Shown here: positions 26,841-36,518 of the stretch, piece by piece
Numbering within the stretch: the first letter of the stretch is position 1
Layout: each line of letters begins with the position of its first letter
Assembly: GCA_016840135.1 (NCBI GenBank)
Contig: JAEOSX010000188.1
Coordinates: 1-62,036 of the forward strand
DNA length: 62,036 nt
Reading direction: 5' to 3'
From: Candidatus Hermodarchaeota archaeon
GTDB taxonomy: Archaea; Asgardarchaeota; Hermodarchaeia; Hermodarchaeales; Hermodarchaeaceae
Made by a program: the position numbers and the translations under genes
Notes under the pieces: generated by a model
What the model saw: the letters and a program-made list of their open reading frames with translations, nothing else
What the model was told of the DNA's origin: nothing
Database searches by the model: none

Positions 26841-28244
26841 TTATTCCACCTCCAAGGCATGCTGAATTGATGCAGCAAACCTGTCTATATTCTCCTTGGT
26901 ATGGAGTTCAGTAACACAAACTAGTGCTGATTCCCCTAACTTGGGGAATTCTTGGTTTAATGGAATTCCACCTAGTATCTTCTCTTGACTAATCTTCTCC
27001 ATTATTTTTTGGACTGAGAATCGCTTCTCTTTGGGTTCGTCGATTGAAAATACAAACTCTTTGAAGTGTGTAGCCTGAAACCTTGGTACCAAGATTCCTT
27101 CAATACTGGATAATTTCTGTTCCGTGTAATGCCGCAACTGTAATATTCGTTCTCCTAATTGCCGAAGTCCAGTGGGTCCCAGTGTACAAAGGTAGGCAGC
27201 TGCTGCTACAGCACAGAGGGCTTGATTGGAACAAATGTTTGATGTCGCTCGCTCTCGGCGTATGTGTTGTTCTCGAGCTTGCAGTGTCATCACAAATCCT
27301 CTTTTCTCTCCCTCTTTTGTTGTAGTCAATCCAATTAGTCGTCCTGGTAGTTGCCGCAATATTTTACGGTCATCTTTACAGGCAAATAATCCCAGTAAGG
27401 AACCACCAAAGTCAACACCATTACCTAATGGTTGCCCTTCCCCAATCACAATATCAGCATCATAATCGCCAGGTGGGCGAATAACCCCTAGTGAAACAGG
27501 ATCCACACCTACAACAAATAATGCACCTGCATCATGCGCAATCTCGGCTATAGCCTCAACATCTGGTTCTAGGTATCCCAGATAGGCGGGGTTCTCAATA
27601 TATACACCTGCAACATTGCTGCTAATCATTTTCTTTAATTGTTCTAAATCAGTTCTGCCTTGGATTGAGTTGCTAGGAACCCTCTTTATCGCTACGTTTG
27701 CTGGAGCTGTATAAGTGGCTAAGACTGCTCGTCGATTTGGTGCTATGAACTCTGGTATGAGGAAGGTGGAGCGCTTTGTAAGTCGTTTTGTCATTAGTGC
27801 CGCTTCCCCTAGTGCACTTGCCCAGTCATACATCGATGCATTTACGACTGGAAGATCCACAAGCTCCGCTATTAGGCTCTGATACTCAAAGAGTGCTTGT
27901 AGCATCCCTTGGCTTATCTCGGCCTGGTATGGTGTGTAGGCTGTATAGAATTCAGTGCGGCTCGTGACCGAACGTACCACCTCTGGAACCATATGTGACC
28001 AAACACCGCCCCCTAGGAAACTAGCAAAAGAGCCTGGTTTTGAATTCTTTTCCAACATTGACTCAATATAGTGGCGAACTTCTGTTTCAGACAGTCCTTC
28101 AGGGATTTTCATTTTTCCTCTGAACCTAAATTTCGAAGGGATATCTTTGAACAGCTCTTCGACACTAGTTATGCCTAGCTTGGCGAGCATTGCCTTTTGC
28201 TGCCGCTCAGCGTTTGGAAGGAATGGGTGGCGAAAGGTAGACAT
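26841..28244 (-). CDS. gcvPA: glycine dehydrogenase (decarboxylating) subunit 1
   Basis: FLGGGVWSHMVPEVV, FYTAYTPYQAEISQG, ATSNICSNQAL. Confidence 0.9.
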   Translation of the reverse strand: MSTFRHPFLPNAERQQKAMLAKLGITSVEELFKDIPSKFRFRGKMKIPEGLSETEVRHYIESMLEKNSKPGSFASFLGGGVWSHMVPEVVRSVTSRTEFYTAYTPYQAEISQGMLQALFEYQSLIAELVDLPVVNASMYDWASALGEAALMTKRLTKRSTFLIPEFIAPNRRAVLATYTAPANVAIKRVPSNSIQGRTDLEQLKKMISSNVAGVYIENPAYLGYLEPDVEAIAEIAHDAGALFVVGVDPVSLGVIRPPGDYDADIVIGEGQPLGNGVDFGGSLLGLFACKDDRKILRQLPGRLIGLTTTKEGEKRGFVMTLQAREQHIRRERATSNICSNQALCAVAAAAYLCTLGPTGLRQLGERILQLRHYTEQKLSSIEGILVPRFQATHFKEFVFSIDEPKEKRFSVQKIMEKISQEKILGGIPLNQEFPKLGESALVCVTELHTKENIDRFAASIQHALEVE

Positions 28245-28357
28245 GAATTCAACCTCACACCTGTCGCGGGTCTCTGCTAAGAAATAACTTTCCCTATCTC
28301 TACAAACTAATACTACTCTCTAATGAGTAGTCACTATTATATAGGATAACAAGGCTA

Positions 28358-28978
28358 ATGCGCTCCTCGAACGGAGGTAATATCATGCCAAAACCCACCA
28401 ACGGTCACTTTACATCAAAGAAGCTAGCCTACATGGTGATTATGGCTGCATTAGGCACAGCTCTAGCAATACTGTCTATCGAGTTACCCCTAGCACCAAA
28501 TCAAATAACGCTTGACCTCAGTCACATAGGAACCTTCCTCGCAGCAATTCCTGGAGGTCCAATATTCGGATTAATTACAGGAGCACTTGTCGGCATCTAC
28601 CCCGGTTTCGCTTATGGCTTCACCCACGGCACCATGGGGGTAATTGGTCTTATCAGCCTCCCCATTGGCAAAGCAATGACTGGTGGTTTATGTGGAATTA
28701 TCCAACGTTTTGTCAAACGTCCTCTTGTAACCGTCACCATAAGCTATGTTCCTGAATGTTTCTATACTATTTGGCTATTCATTTACATTATTCCACCCTT
28801 AACTGGATGGCCTGCTGAATTAGCGTTCTTGACTGTTCTCGGCATTTCTTTGAAAGCCTGGATTGAAATATTATTCATGGCCTTCCTGATGGAAACCGTC
28901 TTTCTATCCCGAGGAATCGTAGAGCTTCTCCAAGGCATCTTCCCTGACTGGGACTACACATCTCTAAGTGATTTGTAA
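28358..28978 (+). CDS. polytopic membrane protein, possibly ECF-type S-component-like
   Basis: Five or six hydrophobic helices. The motif GPIFGLITGALVG resembles substrate-capture (S) components. The assignment is weak. Confidence 0.35.
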   Translation: MRSSNGGNIMPKPTNGHFTSKKLAYMVIMAALGTALAILSIELPLAPNQITLDLSHIGTFLAAIPGGPIFGLITGALVGIYPGFAYGFTHGTMGVIGLISLPIGKAMTGGLCGIIQRFVKRPLVTVTISYVPECFYTIWLFIYIIPPLTGWPAELAFLTVLGISLKAWIEILFMAFLMETVFLSRGIVELLQGIFPDWDYTSLSDL

Positions 28979-29182
28979 TTAACAAATAGGTGCCCGAGTT
29001 TGTAAAACCTAAGGAAGAATGGTAGTGTTTCCGAGGTTTAGCGCTTCTCAGACAAGCCATCATTGGTTGCTATATGTTACCGAATAAAATCAGAATCAAT
29101 ATATCATCGTCGCAGTTACGTAAGACTTTTATTGAAGTGCAAGGATTGCCGTTCCAATTCAAGCTAATTGAGGAACCATCAA

Positions 29183-30832
29183 ATGTCTCAGTTACAAGGA
29201 GTACCCGTCCTGATACTAAAGGAGGGCACAGAAAGATCTCGTGGCCGAGATGCCCGACACAATAACATTATGGCTATTCGGGCATTGGCTGATGCTATCC
29301 GCTCATCACTTGGACCTCGCGGTCAAGATAAGATGCTAGTGGATAGTCTAGGAGATGTCACAATAACTAATGACGGTGCTACAATCCTCGACGAGATTGA
29401 GGTGCAGCACCCAGCAGCAAAAATGCTAGTACAAGTCGCTAAAGCCCAAGACGCTGAAGTAGGTGACGGCACTACCACCGCTGTTATTCTCTGCGGCGAA
29501 CTTTTGAAACAAGCGCAATCAATGCTAGCCTTGAACATCCATTCCAGTGTAATTATCTCAGGCTATAGAAAAGCAGTAGAGAAAGCCGAAGAAGTTCTTG
29601 AAGGTATGAGTGTCCCTTGTTCGATGGATGACCGAGAGAAACTCTTACAAATAGTGAATACTTCGATGGCAAGCAAACTAGTCTTCTCTGAAGTAGACAC
29701 CCTCGGTACCATTGCGGTTGAAGCTGTTTTACAAATAGCTGAAAAAACCTCGAAAGGTGTTGTAGCAGACATCGATCATATTAAAGTGGAGAAAAAGGAG
29801 GGTGGCTCACTCGACGAGACCCAACTAATTCGGGGTTTGATTATTGATAAGGAAGTAGTCCATTCAGAGATGCCAACAACGGTGAAGGGGGCTAAGATTG
29901 CCCTTCTCAACGCTTCGTTAGAGGTCGAGAAAACCGAGATGGATGCCGAAATCCGAATCACTGATCCTGAACAAATGAAAGCCTTCCTCGAAGAGGAAGC
30001 AAGGATGCTTAAGAACATCGCCGACAAGATCAAGGAAACAGGTGCAAACGTGGTTTTCTGTCAGAAAGGTATTGATGATAAAGTACAACATTACCTCGCG
30101 AAAGAAGGGATTCTAGCTGTCCGTCGTATCAAGAAAAGCGACATGGAAGCACTTGTCCGAGCCACAGGAGGCCGCATAGTTTCCGCCGTCCTTCACTTAT
30201 CTTCCCAAGATTTGGGTGAATGTGGACTTGTGGAGGAGCGCAAAGTCGGTGACGACAAGATGGTCTTTGTCGTAGAATGCGTCGACCCCAAATCTGTCTG
30301 TATTCTCCTTCGCGGAGGAACAGAGCGAGTGGTTGATGAAGCCGAAAGGGCCTTCAGAGATGCTATATGTGTTGTCCGAGATGCTATTGAGGATGGTAAG
30401 GTAGTCCCAGGTGGCGGTGCACCCGAGATTGAGGTAGCGACACGTTTACGAGAGTATTGTCGCTCTCTAAAAGGACGCGATCAGATAGCTGTAAGGAAAT
30501 TTGCTGATGCAGTGGAAATCGTCCCCAAGACATTAGCAGAGAACGCTGGTCATGATCCGATAGACATTATCGTTGAACTTCGCTCTGAACATGGTGCTAA
30601 CAAGGCTAATATCGGAGTGGATGTCTTCGAAGGCAAGACAAAGGATATGTTGCAGGCTGGTGTCATCGAGCCTTTACGTGTGAAAACACACGCGCTCCGC
30701 TCAGCCACAGAAGCAGCTGCTCTAATTCTCCGCATTGATGATGTCATCGCTTCCAAACGAAGCGCAGCTCCTCCTGGCGGTCCTGGTGGTATGCCTCCTG
30801 GAATGGGTGGTATGCCTCCTGGAATGATGTAG
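29183..30832 (+). CDS. thermosome subunit (group II chaperonin)
   Basis: GRDARHNNIMAIRALADAIRSSLGPRGQDKML, ITNDGATIL, VGDGTTTAV, VPGGGAPE, and a C-terminal GGMPPGM x2 tail. The ATG at 29183 is preferred over the TTG at 29168. Confidence 0.95.
   Translation: MSQLQGVPVLILKEGTERSRGRDARHNNIMAIRALADAIRSSLGPRGQDKMLVDSLGDVTITNDGATILDEIEVQHPAAKMLVQVAKAQDAEVGDGTTTAVILCGELLKQAQSMLALNIHSSVIISGYRKAVEKAEEVLEGMSVPCSMDDREKLLQIVNTSMASKLVFSEVDTLGTIAVEAVLQIAEKTSKGVVADIDHIKVEKKEGGSLDETQLIRGLIIDKEVVHSEMPTTVKGAKIALLNASLEVEKTEMDAEIRITDPEQMKAFLEEEARMLKNIADKIKETGANVVFCQKGIDDKVQHYLAKEGILAVRRIKKSDMEALVRATGGRIVSAVLHLSSQDLGECGLVEERKVGDDKMVFVVECVDPKSVCILLRGGTERVVDEAERAFRDAICVVRDAIEDGKVVPGGGAPEIEVATRLREYCRSLKGRDQIAVRKFADAVEIVPKTLAENAGHDPIDIIVELRSEHGANKANIGVDVFEGKTKDMLQAGVIEPLRVKTHALRSATEAAALILRIDDVIASKRSAAPPGGPGGMPPGMGGMPPGMM
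30785..30826 (+). repeat. perfect 21-nt tandem duplication encoding the GGMPPGM-GGMPPGM chaperonin tail
   Basis: ggtggtatgcctcctggaatg occurs twice back to back (30785..30805 and 30806..30826), inside the thermosome CDS. Confidence 0.9.
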
Positions 30833-30835
30833 TCG

Positions 30836-30866
30836 GCGCCCCTAGCGGGCGCACCCCTCATTTTTT
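30836..30866 (+). terminator. hairpin + T6 terminator candidate after the thermosome gene
   Basis: GCGCCC (30836..30841) pairs with GGGCGC (30847..30852), and tttttt follows at 30861..30866. Confidence 0.5.
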
Positions 30867-30915
30867 CTACTATTTCTGCTAAAGTAGATGCAGAAAGTAA
30901 CAATGGTGATTAGCT

Positions 30916-31392
30916 ATGATAAAGGAGACTTCGATAGAAGTATCAGGCATCGGCTTTTCTGCAGGTCACTTTGTTAGTGAAGGAGGAAAATGTGAACGGT
31001 TGCATGGTCATAACTACCAAGTAACGGTCCGTATAAGTGGCGAAATCAATTCCCAGGGAATGGTCATTGATTTTAGAGTTATAAAAGCGCATCTTCGAGG
31101 ATTGTGTAAAGAGTGGGATCACAGAGTTCTTCTGCCCGCTCACTCCTCCCAAATCAAAATAATAACTAGTGGAGAACTAACAGAGGTTAAAACTCCTGAT
31201 AGAGAATACTCCTTTCCAACAAAGGATGTTCTAATACTAGATATCATCGAAACGACGGCTGAAGAATTAGCAAAAATCCTCGCTGAAAGATTAGGGGCAA
31301 CTCTAAAACACGAGTTTCCGAACGTGCACCAACTAGCTGTATCAGTTGCTGAAAGTAGAACACAACGAGCTATAGTTGTGATTGACTTGTAG
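30916..31392 (+). CDS. 6-pyruvoyl-tetrahydropterin / 6-carboxy-tetrahydropterin synthase family (PTPS/QueD)
   Basis: GKCERLHGHNYQVTV (Cys...HGH zinc/catalytic motif), ~158 aa, typical of the T-fold PTPS/QueD family. Confidence 0.75.
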   Translation: MIKETSIEVSGIGFSAGHFVSEGGKCERLHGHNYQVTVRISGEINSQGMVIDFRVIKAHLRGLCKEWDHRVLLPAHSSQIKIITSGELTEVKTPDREYSFPTKDVLILDIIETTAEELAKILAERLGATLKHEFPNVHQLAVSVAESRTQRAIVVIDL

Positions 31393-32572
31393 TGTCCTCT
31401 GACTGTGAACCTCGCTGACGGAGGCGGCTGATTATAGTTGCAGTAAGAGGAAAGAGCAAACATAAGGGTAGAAGTAGAATAATGATTTTTTCAGTAAGGA
31501 ATTGGAAATCAATTGACTCTATGATAACAGAGGGCGCAATGCTCCCAATGAGGAAAAGCGGGTAAAAGGACAAGTAGGCAACAATGATGATGCCAGCAAA
31601 ACGAAGAATGGTGGAAAAAAGGGAGAGAACTGCCATTTTTGAGAGCGAAGGTGTAGCTGCACGAGCAGTTAGGGTCAGCTCCGCTTCAGCGTCAACGCGA
31701 AACAAATTATCTACAAAGGAATTTAATCGTCGAATTTCGTGAGCTTCTTCTAATTCAACAAGCCATTCACGTCGAAGCAATTTCTTTTCGATTACCTCTC
31801 GCATCACCCTAAAGGCTTCAGAACCCAACATCCTTTGAAGTACTTTGGGAACAGGAATCTCTTCGTCGCGCCTGACCGGAACCTCTCGTTCTGCATCACT
31901 TCTGAGTCTTGATAACTGGCGTCGGAGTTGTTCCTCTCTGATTGAGGGAGGCTCAAGAAGTGAGTGGAAATATACAACCTGATATGATGCTTCAAGGTAA
32001 ATGTAACAGATTATCGCTACAAGAAAGATTGTCGAAGTGAAGAAGGCTTCAGGATTTAAGAAAATAAACGAATCAGTACTCCAAGCGGATCCAAAGAAGC
32101 CAGTGGAGGTTCCAAGGAATGCTAGTGAGGGAGCAGCAGCTCCCAGCATTGCAAGTCCTATCATCGATACGAAGCACATTGATGTGAGGCGTCCGCTAAT
32201 ACGGAAAAGCGATAATATACCTGCAAGAATCGCTGCCAGAAATAATAGTTGAAAACCGAGGAAGTAGAGGCTGCTGAGAAAGGCGGGGATAGCTTGATCA
32301 AGGGACCGAACACTACCAAACCCAAGCGCTGCGAAGTATGTATTGGTCGCCTCATAAATCTGTATAATTTCCTCCTGTCCAAGATTGAAAAATAATCCCA
32401 GTATTTGTCCAATTAACCAGGAAAGGACTGTGAGTATAGTGCTTATGAAATTCCGTGTCTCTATGGCAAACGTAACTAGGACCTGCGTACCCCAGATTTG
32501 AGGATCAATATTCAGGAAAATAATTGTAGTAAAGACAATGAAAGCTGCGACTGCTACACCTCGAAGCGCCAA
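31370..32572 (-). CDS. polytopic membrane protein with a central charged helical loop (last gene of the MoxR module)
   Basis: About six N-terminal TM helices, then a ~100-aa Arg/Glu-rich segment (REEQLRRQLSRLRSDAEREV...), then three more TM helices. No recognisable family. Confidence 0.5.
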   Translation of the reverse strand: MALRGVAVAAFIVFTTIIFLNIDPQIWGTQVLVTFAIETRNFISTILTVLSWLIGQILGLFFNLGQEEIIQIYEATNTYFAALGFGSVRSLDQAIPAFLSSLYFLGFQLLFLAAILAGILSLFRISGRLTSMCFVSMIGLAMLGAAAPSLAFLGTSTGFFGSAWSTDSFIFLNPEAFFTSTIFLVAIICYIYLEASYQVVYFHSLLEPPSIREEQLRRQLSRLRSDAEREVPVRRDEEIPVPKVLQRMLGSEAFRVMREVIEKKLLRREWLVELEEAHEIRRLNSFVDNLFRVDAEAELTLTARAATPSLSKMAVLSLFSTILRFAGIIIVAYLSFYPLFLIGSIAPSVIIESIDFQFLTEKIIILLLPLCLLFPLTATIISRLRQRGSQSEDTTSQSQL

Positions 32573-32622
32573 AAGAGTTATTCTCGAAATGTCGTTTCCA
32601 CCTCCATGTTAACCACTTCTAG

Positions 32623-33945
32623 CTAGATTTGAGCAACTCCCTTCTTCTTTGCCTTTAGATATTCACTAAGAAGTGTTGGGAGAATGTCTCCAGGGCCTAC
32701 ATCAATGATTGGAACGCCTATGCGTCGGAAGCTCTGTGAGAGAGTGCGGCGTTCTTCAAGTAGTTTGTATATGATCGCCTCACCCAAAGCTCTTTCAACG
32801 GGCGAAAGGTAAATATCCTCAATCTCGAACCACGGTCCAAATGGTGCGATAACTACAGCGTTATGTTTGTGACCGCGAATCAGCTTCACACCTTTCTCAA
32901 GTTGTGCTCTGTTTGCTTCACAGTCTGAGAGGATAATGAAGAAGCTCTGCTGTCTTACTTGTGATGCAACGAACTCGACTGCAGCAGCTAAATCGAACTC
33001 TCCTCCTGCCTCAATGGCAGCCAATATGTCAAGGAGACGATAGTAATGCCCTTCGCCCAGACCGGGCTTAAGATATGTCTCTTGGCTAGTAGACCAAGCG
33101 ACTAGTCCTACCTTATCCTTCCTTTCCATTGCAGCTTTCGCTAGTAGAAGTGCTGCACGAATTGCATATTCAAGTTTACTATTCTCAGCCTTTCCAGCGC
33201 TCATGGTATCTCCGCAATCAAGAATAATGAAAACTCTCATGTTTCGCTCAGTTTCGAACTGACGTACCATCAACTTTTGAGTACGTGCTACAGCTTTCCA
33301 GGCAATCCTTCTTGACTCGTCACCACTCACGAAACGGCGGATACCTACAAAATCCTCTGAGCCCATTCTCTGGCGGGTCCTATGAATTCCGAACATATAT
33401 CCCATGCGGCGTTTAGCAGCGAGGGACTCCATAACTCGTGCATCTTGATAGCTCGGATATACAAGAATCTCGTCAATGTTGTCAGCGGATATCTCTTCGA
33501 ACCTGAACTCTAGTCTGTCATGAATCTGGAATTTTGTTGGTCCGATTGTGTATTTTCCCCGGAGGGTTCCCTGCAGTATGTAGGAGTATTTTATTGTTTG
33601 TCCAGCGTCGATTCTGGTTACTAGGTCGTTCTTCCCCAAGACCAATCTAAATATATCAGGGTAGACATCAAAGATTCGTATGGAGTCAATTCGACTTCGG
33701 CCAGTGTTTTTTATTACGAGTTTGACGTGGATGAAGTCTCCCTGAAAGAAGTTGGTCTTGTCTATCTCGCGTGAAACTAGAAGACTTTCTAGGGGAATTG
33801 TGAGTTGAAAGTATGGTGAGGTTACAACTGATCCTACGATTAGAAAGATACCAAGGAGTGTTAGGAAGTAGTTTGTGAAGGCGAAGCCTCCGACTAGTAC
33901 AAATATTCCGATGAGAAGAACTGTGCGACCTCTCTCGCTGAACAT
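32623..33945 (-). CDS. DUF58-family protein (VWA-like, MoxR partner)
   Basis: Two N-terminal TM helices, then IRRFVSGDESRRIAWKAVARTQKLMVRQFETERNMRVFIILDCGDTMS, the DUF58 hallmark. It starts 6 nt after moxR. Confidence 0.8.
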   Translation of the reverse strand: MFSERGRTVLLIGIFVLVGGFAFTNYFLTLLGIFLIVGSVVTSPYFQLTIPLESLLVSREIDKTNFFQGDFIHVKLVIKNTGRSRIDSIRIFDVYPDIFRLVLGKNDLVTRIDAGQTIKYSYILQGTLRGKYTIGPTKFQIHDRLEFRFEEISADNIDEILVYPSYQDARVMESLAAKRRMGYMFGIHRTRQRMGSEDFVGIRRFVSGDESRRIAWKAVARTQKLMVRQFETERNMRVFIILDCGDTMSAGKAENSKLEYAIRAALLLAKAAMERKDKVGLVAWSTSQETYLKPGLGEGHYYRLLDILAAIEAGGEFDLAAAVEFVASQVRQQSFFIILSDCEANRAQLEKGVKLIRGHKHNAVVIAPFGPWFEIEDIYLSPVERALGEAIIYKLLEERRTLSQSFRRIGVPIIDVGPGDILPTLLSEYLKAKKKGVAQI

Positions 33946-33951
33946 CTGGGT

Positions 33952-34968
33952 CTATGCTCCCGGTACTCCAATCTGACGAAGTATACGGTCGATTACAGAA
34001 TGAACCGAAGCGCCCTCAAGCTCTGCTTCAGGTTTCAGGATCAAGCGATGGTTCAAAGTGTGACGCACTAGCATCTTTACATCATCTGGAGTTACATAGT
34101 CTCTACCTTGTAACGCTGCATGGGCCTTCGAAGTTTCTAGAAGTACAAGTGAGGCACGGGGTGAGCCGCCAATGAGAATTTGAGGGTCACTACGGGTCCG
34201 TACAACAATGTCTCTAATGAAGTTCAATATATGAGGCTCAACAAATACCTCTCTTATTGTGCTCTGCATCTGCAAAATGATGTTTGGGTTGCATACAGCG
34301 TTCACCCTTTCTCCTGCTCTGTGATGACGTCGACGAAGAATTTCTACCTCCTCTGCCTCAGAAGGGTAATCGACGTGAAGCTTGAAAAGAAAACGATCAA
34401 CTTGTGCTTCGGGAAGGGGATAGGTTCCTTCAAGCTCGATTGGATTTTGCGTCGCAAGGACCATAAAGGGGTGAGGTAAGGGTAATGTGGTCCCTTCAAT
34501 GGTCACTTGCTTTTCCTGCATAGCTTCTAGTAGGGAAGATTGAGTTTTTGGTGGTGAGCGGTTAATCTCGTCTGCTAAGAGAACATTCGTAAAGACTGGA
34601 CCTTTCCGAAGAGAAAATTCACCGGAATTAGGGTTAAAGACTGAATGTCCGGTCACGTCAACAGGAAGGAGGTCTGGAGTAAACTGTACTCGTTTGAACC
34701 CGCAGCCTACAACTTGGGCAAATGTATTAGCGGCATATGTCTTGGCAATACCAGGCACACCTTCTAGCAAAATATGTCCGCCGCTTAGCAATCCAATCAA
34801 TATATTTTGAAGTAAATGCCGCTTTCCGACTACTAGCTTGTTTACTTCGTCGAGTATTCGCGTGGCGTGATTGCGAACCTCTGCTATTGTCATTCCAGAT
34901 GGTTGTACTGGTGGTGGTGCAGGTTCAACAGGAGGAGGGGGGGTTGGGGTTGATGGTTGGTCGCTCAT
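33952..34968 (-). CDS. moxR: MoxR-family AAA+ ATPase
   Basis: Walker A EGVPGIAKT, Walker B LLADEINR, FMVLATQNPIE.EGTYPLPEAQVDRF. Pro-rich N-terminus PTPPPPVEPAPPPVQP. Confidence 0.9.
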   Translation of the reverse strand: MSDQPSTPTPPPPVEPAPPPVQPSGMTIAEVRNHATRILDEVNKLVVGKRHLLQNILIGLLSGGHILLEGVPGIAKTYAANTFAQVVGCGFKRVQFTPDLLPVDVTGHSVFNPNSGEFSLRKGPVFTNVLLADEINRSPPKTQSSLLEAMQEKQVTIEGTTLPLPHPFMVLATQNPIELEGTYPLPEAQVDRFLFKLHVDYPSEAEEVEILRRRHHRAGERVNAVCNPNIILQMQSTIREVFVEPHILNFIRDIVVRTRSDPQILIGGSPRASLVLLETSKAHAALQGRDYVTPDDVKMLVRHTLNHRLILKPEAELEGASVHSVIDRILRQIGVPGA

Positions 34969-35076
34969 ATTCTCATATCCTTCTTTACTTACCTAATCAA
35001 TACTCTAAAACTTCTGGTTATTTGTCTTTTTTCTCTTTGATAATCAGGTTTTTTCACAGGTTCTTATTGCAGGTAT

Positions 35077-36483
35077 TCAGTGTTTTTCTCTAATCCGTTT
35101 CAATCTCCAAAAGAGGTCGAGGAACTTGCCGCGGTCAATACGCCGCCTTGCTGCTGTTGCCTTTTCCAAGGCTTCTAAATCGCTTCTCAGGAGTGCTAAT
35201 TCCCGTTCAGGGAGAGAGCCAGACTTCGCAGCAAGAAGTCTTGTTATATCGAACCCACGAAGGCTATGCTTCCGTACAAGTTCCCGCTTTAACTGAGTAA
35301 ACATTATCTGAATTGCATCATCGTATTGTTCGCCTCTAAGATAGCGGCTTAGCTCAGCTCTGAACGCTGTCTGACCTCGGAGTCTGTAAACTTCGCTAGG
35401 CTCTTCTTCCTTTGGACGCCCAAACGTAATCCATTTTCTGACCATCCAGATCGCCATTATTGGCGCTAAAGGTGCCAGTAACCAATTTGTTGACAAATAT
35501 GTTATCTGCCCCATCACCAAGCCAACATAAAGCACTGGTGAGAAAGGACCCCAAGCCAAGTGGTTATGGTCGATGATGATAGTGTTCGTGTTTGTCTGCT
35601 CGGTAAGATAGGTGAATAATTCCAATGCGAAGCTTAGGTTATCAGCGCGATTAATCATATCGTTGATGAAAATGCTTGGGTCACTAACAAGTACAATCAA
35701 TCCATTGGCTACTCTTAGCATACCTATCAGCGTGAAAGGTCCTGCAGTGTCACCTCTTTCGGCGTCGTAGGCAGGGTCGTTCCAGTCAGAGGTGACCCAG
35801 GAGTTAACAGAAGAAGTGGCGATTGATGTAAAGTTTCCCCCAATCCCCGAGATTCCTGTCGCGTAGTTCATTACCACCCTCTGAGTTGTTTGGAAAATAG
35901 CGCCGCCATCATTGAAGCTGGTAATTGCTGGCAGCAGAGGCTTCCCATCATCATTTGATTCAGCATCTAGGAGAAGCCGCTGCTCAAAGCGTATAGCAGA
36001 TATTCTAGTGAACAAAACCGGGTCTGAGGGGAAAAACTCTGGAGGGAGAAGAAGTGCTAGGTTATCCAGAATTCTGTTGCCACTACCAAAATCGTCAGCA
36101 ATGATAAGACTGGATCCACTCACAAAAAAGTCGATGAGCGCGGAAGCCTCAATAATGGAAAAATCGAGAGTGGGACCTAACACGCAGAGGACGCTATTAC
36201 GGTTTATCCCGTTAATCACACTTAGTGAACTGATTAAGGGGTGTACTTCAAATCCTCCTATTCCTTGGAGTGTTGCTCTAAGCTGAGAACACCCATTATA
36301 TGGATCTTCATTGTAAATCGAATAGCTCATAGTATCAACATCGCCGACGCCAGTAAGACTGATGGCTAGGGGCATCCAAGCAATGATGAACACGAAACAA
36401 AATACGATAATTGTCGTGGTTTTTCCTTTCTTTTTCACTTCTGCTACTGGTGGACCAGAACTTTCATCACTACTCTCTGACAA
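35077..36483 (-). CDS. DUF4350-like membrane protein
   Basis: An N-terminal TM helix and an extracytoplasmic domain with LIIADDFGSGN and LVSDPSIFINDM (GldG/DUF4350-like pattern), followed by a second TM helix and a cytoplasmic helical tail. Confidence 0.5.
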   Translation of the reverse strand: MSESSDESSGPPVAEVKKKGKTTTIIVFCFVFIIAWMPLAISLTGVGDVDTMSYSIYNEDPYNGCSQLRATLQGIGGFEVHPLISSLSVINGINRNSVLCVLGPTLDFSIIEASALIDFFVSGSSLIIADDFGSGNRILDNLALLLPPEFFPSDPVLFTRISAIRFEQRLLLDAESNDDGKPLLPAITSFNDGGAIFQTTQRVVMNYATGISGIGGNFTSIATSSVNSWVTSDWNDPAYDAERGDTAGPFTLIGMLRVANGLIVLVSDPSIFINDMINRADNLSFALELFTYLTEQTNTNTIIIDHNHLAWGPFSPVLYVGLVMGQITYLSTNWLLAPLAPIMAIWMVRKWITFGRPKEEEPSEVYRLRGQTAFRAELSRYLRGEQYDDAIQIMFTQLKRELVRKHSLRGFDITRLLAAKSGSLPERELALLRSDLEALEKATAARRRIDRGKFLDLFWRLKRIREKH

Positions 36484-36518
36484 CTACAAATTGCCCCCAA
36501 CTTACCTATTACCACATC

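Noticed and set aside
28245-28357. Possible glycine riboswitch upstream of gcvPA.
   Set aside because: The spacer is only 113 nt, is shared with a divergent gene, and shows none of the tandem aptamer stems or conserved cores of glycine riboswitches. Only a short inverted repeat is present.
29074-29265. 63-aa ORF upstream of and overlapping the thermosome start.
   Set aside because: It overlaps the thermosome CDS in another frame. The region is more plausibly the thermosome promoter and 5' UTR.
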